Origin: Candidatus Scatosoma sp.
Lineage (GTDB): Bacteria; Bacillota; Clostridia; Christensenellales; Borkfalkiaceae
Direction: 5' to 3'
Length of the DNA: 64,000 nucleotides
Assembly: GCA_045632265.1 (NCBI GenBank)
Contig: JAZQWG010000003.1
Span: 2,511-66,510 of the forward strand
The translations under genes and the position numbers were made by a program. Of this stretch, positions 62,269 through 64,000 are shown piece by piece (the stretch's first letter is position 1; every line of letters begins with the position of its first letter). Under the pieces are notes generated by a model. That model did no database searches. It had not been told where the DNA came from and saw only the letters and a program-made list of their open reading frames with translations.

Positions 62269-62298
62269 GCGGAGCGTTTCAAAAACGCTCCGCTTTTT
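62269..62298. terminator. Bidirectional terminator hairpin, copy 2 of the reused sequence
   Basis: Stem GCGGAGCGTTT/AAACGCTCCGC flanked by A- and T-runs. Confidence 0.75.
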
Positions 62299-62305
62299 GT
62301 TTTAT

Positions 62306-63007
62306 TTATTTGCGTGATTTGGTTTTTTTGTATTTTCTCACCAACTCAATAATCGCAAAAATTAAGCCGTGGGAAGCAAAGTAGATAGGCGCCATTACCC
62401 ATGCAGTCAAATTCGTATCCGACAACAACGGCTCGACAATATGGTACGCATCGCTCATGCCAAACACCGACATTAAAAACGCACCCACCGTCATATAACA
62501 AGTGAGCCCAAGGACTACGCAATACCATTTTTTATAGGTGATATGGATTTGATTAAAGAGCAATAAAGCGATCACCGTCGTTGCGCAAAAACTGTGGTGC
62601 AAAAATCCCGAAAAGGTGGGCAAATAGAAAAAGGACAAATCCTGAGAAATGAACGCGGGATAAATCACCGTGGAAATACCACCAAACAAGCCCAACAACC
62701 ACGAAAAATGAAGGGCTACGTTGTCCTTTTTTCCAAGCAACACCGCCAAACCTAAAACAAGGCTCGTCATGCCGCAAAAGCTGTCGGGAATAATGCAATA
62801 CCAACGCACTTGCCCATAGCGGAATACTTGCGATAAGCGATTTGCCATAATGCTAATAAATAACATTGCCCCTAAACTTTTCAAAATAATCGTTTGGGAT
62901 TTTTCCGACTTTGCATATTTTTTTGCCAACAGTAACCCTACCGTCGCCATAACGGAAGTGATTACCATATATAGGATGTGTTCTTTCCCATAAAGTTGCG
63001 GTGCCAT
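62306..63007 (-). CDS. YwaF/TIGR02206-like membrane protein (third paralogue in the window)
   Basis: ATG 63007 has GGAGG upstream, whereas the track starts at 63133. It contains IIPDSFCGMTSL...VIYPAF...FLHHSF. Confidence 0.6.
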   Translation of the reverse strand: MAPQLYGKEHILYMVITSVMATVGLLLAKKYAKSEKSQTIILKSLGAMLFISIMANRLSQVFRYGQVRWYCIIPDSFCGMTSLVLGLAVLLGKKDNVALHFSWLLGLFGGISTVIYPAFISQDLSFFYLPTFSGFLHHSFCATTVIALLLFNQIHITYKKWYCVVLGLTCYMTVGAFLMSVFGMSDAYHIVEPLLSDTNLTAWVMAPIYFASHGLIFAIIELVRKYKKTKSRK

Positions 63008-63145
63008 AATAAAACCTCCATAGTATCGCTCGCACTTATTATAATGCACTAAAAAATTAGAAAAGTCAACAAAACGAACGCAAAAACTTGCAAAAAAATT
63101 ACCCATATTCGTAGGGCAATTTTTATAAAACAATACTTTTGAGGG

Positions 63146-63174
63146 TTGACAAGGCGGCGTTTTTTTGATACAAT
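63146..63174 (+). promoter_or_regulatory. Extended -10 promoter
   Basis: TTGACA, 17 nt, TGATACAAT. Confidence 0.55.
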
Positions 63175-63207
63175 CAATCTATCTTATTTTTATTGAGGGA
63201 GAATGGT

Positions 63208-64000
63208 ATGGCAAAACGCAAAAAATGGATTATTTCTATCCTTTCCGTAATCGGCGCAGGCATCATTGCTTTCTTCTCGTTTTTTGGGCTTCGAGTAATC
63301 AAAAACAGACCACGCTTTAGCGTGAAAGATACGCTTGCCGACGGGCAAGGCAAAAAAGCTACCGTCATTTTGCTGGGCGGACAATCAAACGCCTCCGGTT
63401 GCAGCAGCGTGGAATACTTGGAAAAGAACGTTTCCCCCGAAAGATACGCTCAATTTGAAAACGGGTTCGACAACGTGTATATCAATTACTACGTGTCCGA
63501 TGAAAATATCTCTAACGAGTTCGTGAAATGCTCCGTAAATCAAGGCGAATTTGGCACGTGTTTCGGCCCCGAACTTGGCATGGCGGAAAAGTTAAGCGAA
63601 ATGTATCCCGATCAAACGTTTTTCATTATCAAATGCGCTTGGGGCGGCACCGAACTTTTCGATAAATGGCTTTCCCCTTCCAGCTACACCGCAAAACACA
63701 AAGCCAATAAATTTTTCTATTTCAATAAGACCAAAACGGGCAAGCTTTACGAACATTTCGTTTCGTTTGTCAAGACGAGCTTGAAATATCTCAAATCGAA
63801 AAATTACGATATCAGCGTAGAAGGTATGTGTTGGATGCAAGGCGAATCGGACTCGTTTGAAACGACGCACGCAACCAATTATGAAACCCATTTAACCAAC
63901 TTTATCAAGGACATACGCAAACAATTTAAGCGCTTCTCGGCAGACGACGGTTTGGCGTTTATCGATGCGTATATCGCCCATCTCCCCGCTTACTGGGTGT
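63208..64000 (+). CDS. SASA/SGNH-type carbohydrate O-acetylesterase-like protein, membrane anchored (runs off the right edge)
   Basis: Absent from the track because it has no stop in the window. ATG 63208 follows GAGGGAGAA. It has an N-terminal TM helix, then ILLGGQSNASG and WMQGESD motifs typical of sialate O-acetylesterase-like (DUF303) proteins. Confidence 0.65.
   Translation, partial: MAKRKKWIISILSVIGAGIIAFFSFFGLRVIKNRPRFSVKDTLADGQGKKATVILLGGQSNASGCSSVEYLEKNVSPERYAQFENGFDNVYINYYVSDENISNEFVKCSVNQGEFGTCFGPELGMAEKLSEMYPDQTFFIIKCAWGGTELFDKWLSPSSYTAKHKANKFFYFNKTKTGKLYEHFVSFVKTSLKYLKSKNYDISVEGMCWMQGESDSFETTHATNYETHLTNFIKDIRKQFKRFSADDGLAFIDAYIAHLPAYWV

Overview
This is a 64-kb chromosomal segment from a moderate-GC, Gram-positive-type anaerobe. 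It looks Clostridia-like: it has a T-box leader, textbook TTGACA-17-TATAAT promoters, AGGAGG-type RBSs and many lipobox lipoproteins. The taxon cannot be fixed from sequence alone. No rRNA, CRISPR array, transposase or integrase was seen. (1) 1-12.5 kb holds housekeeping genes: the ileS 5' part behind an Ile T-box, a CE4 deacetylase, a short archaeal-type aspS, pdxK, an archaeal/eukaryote-type proS, ppa, tRNA-Ser(GCU) and nagB. Mixed in are an orphan promoter-structured RNA-terminator unit, a YwaF-like membrane protein and two tandem paralogous membrane proteins of unknown function. (2) 12.7-40.2 kb is a cell-envelope island. It contains five lipoproteins with Gly-rich tethers, one of which carries an embedded thioredoxin (WCGPC) domain. 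A convergent operon encodes an anchored TlpA-like thioredoxin, a membrane polyferredoxin and a further membrane protein. A tight operon encodes a YwaF-like membrane domain fused to an ABC ATPase, a large permease, a Big_2 protein and a beta-helix lipoprotein. There is also a roughly 2,519-aa membrane-anchored S8 protease/PA/Big_2/BspA-LRR protein. (3) 42.1-60.5 kb is one long minus-strand operon plus a divergent DeoR regulator. It encodes a glycyl-radical-enzyme bacterial microcompartment (GRM, rhamnose/fucose to 1,2-propanediol type). The genes are rhaB, rhaA, acetate/propionate kinase, class II aldolase, acylating aldehyde DH, Zn-ADH, four BMC-H, pduL, BMC-P, PduS-like, PduT-like, GRE, activase, PduU/EutS-like and EutP/PduV-like. 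The most novel-looking part is the 3' end of this operon. A ParA-type ATPase is translationally coupled to a 93-aa disordered Lys/Ala/Pro-rich protein, next to a tailed PduV-like GTPase. This is a candidate McdAB-like positioning module for a catabolic microcompartment. (4) 60.6-64 kb holds a PHP phosphoesterase, a small XRE module bracketed by identical hairpins, a third YwaF-like protein and a partial SASA/SGNH esterase. All calls rest on reading the sequence and on remembered family motifs. No database search was run.
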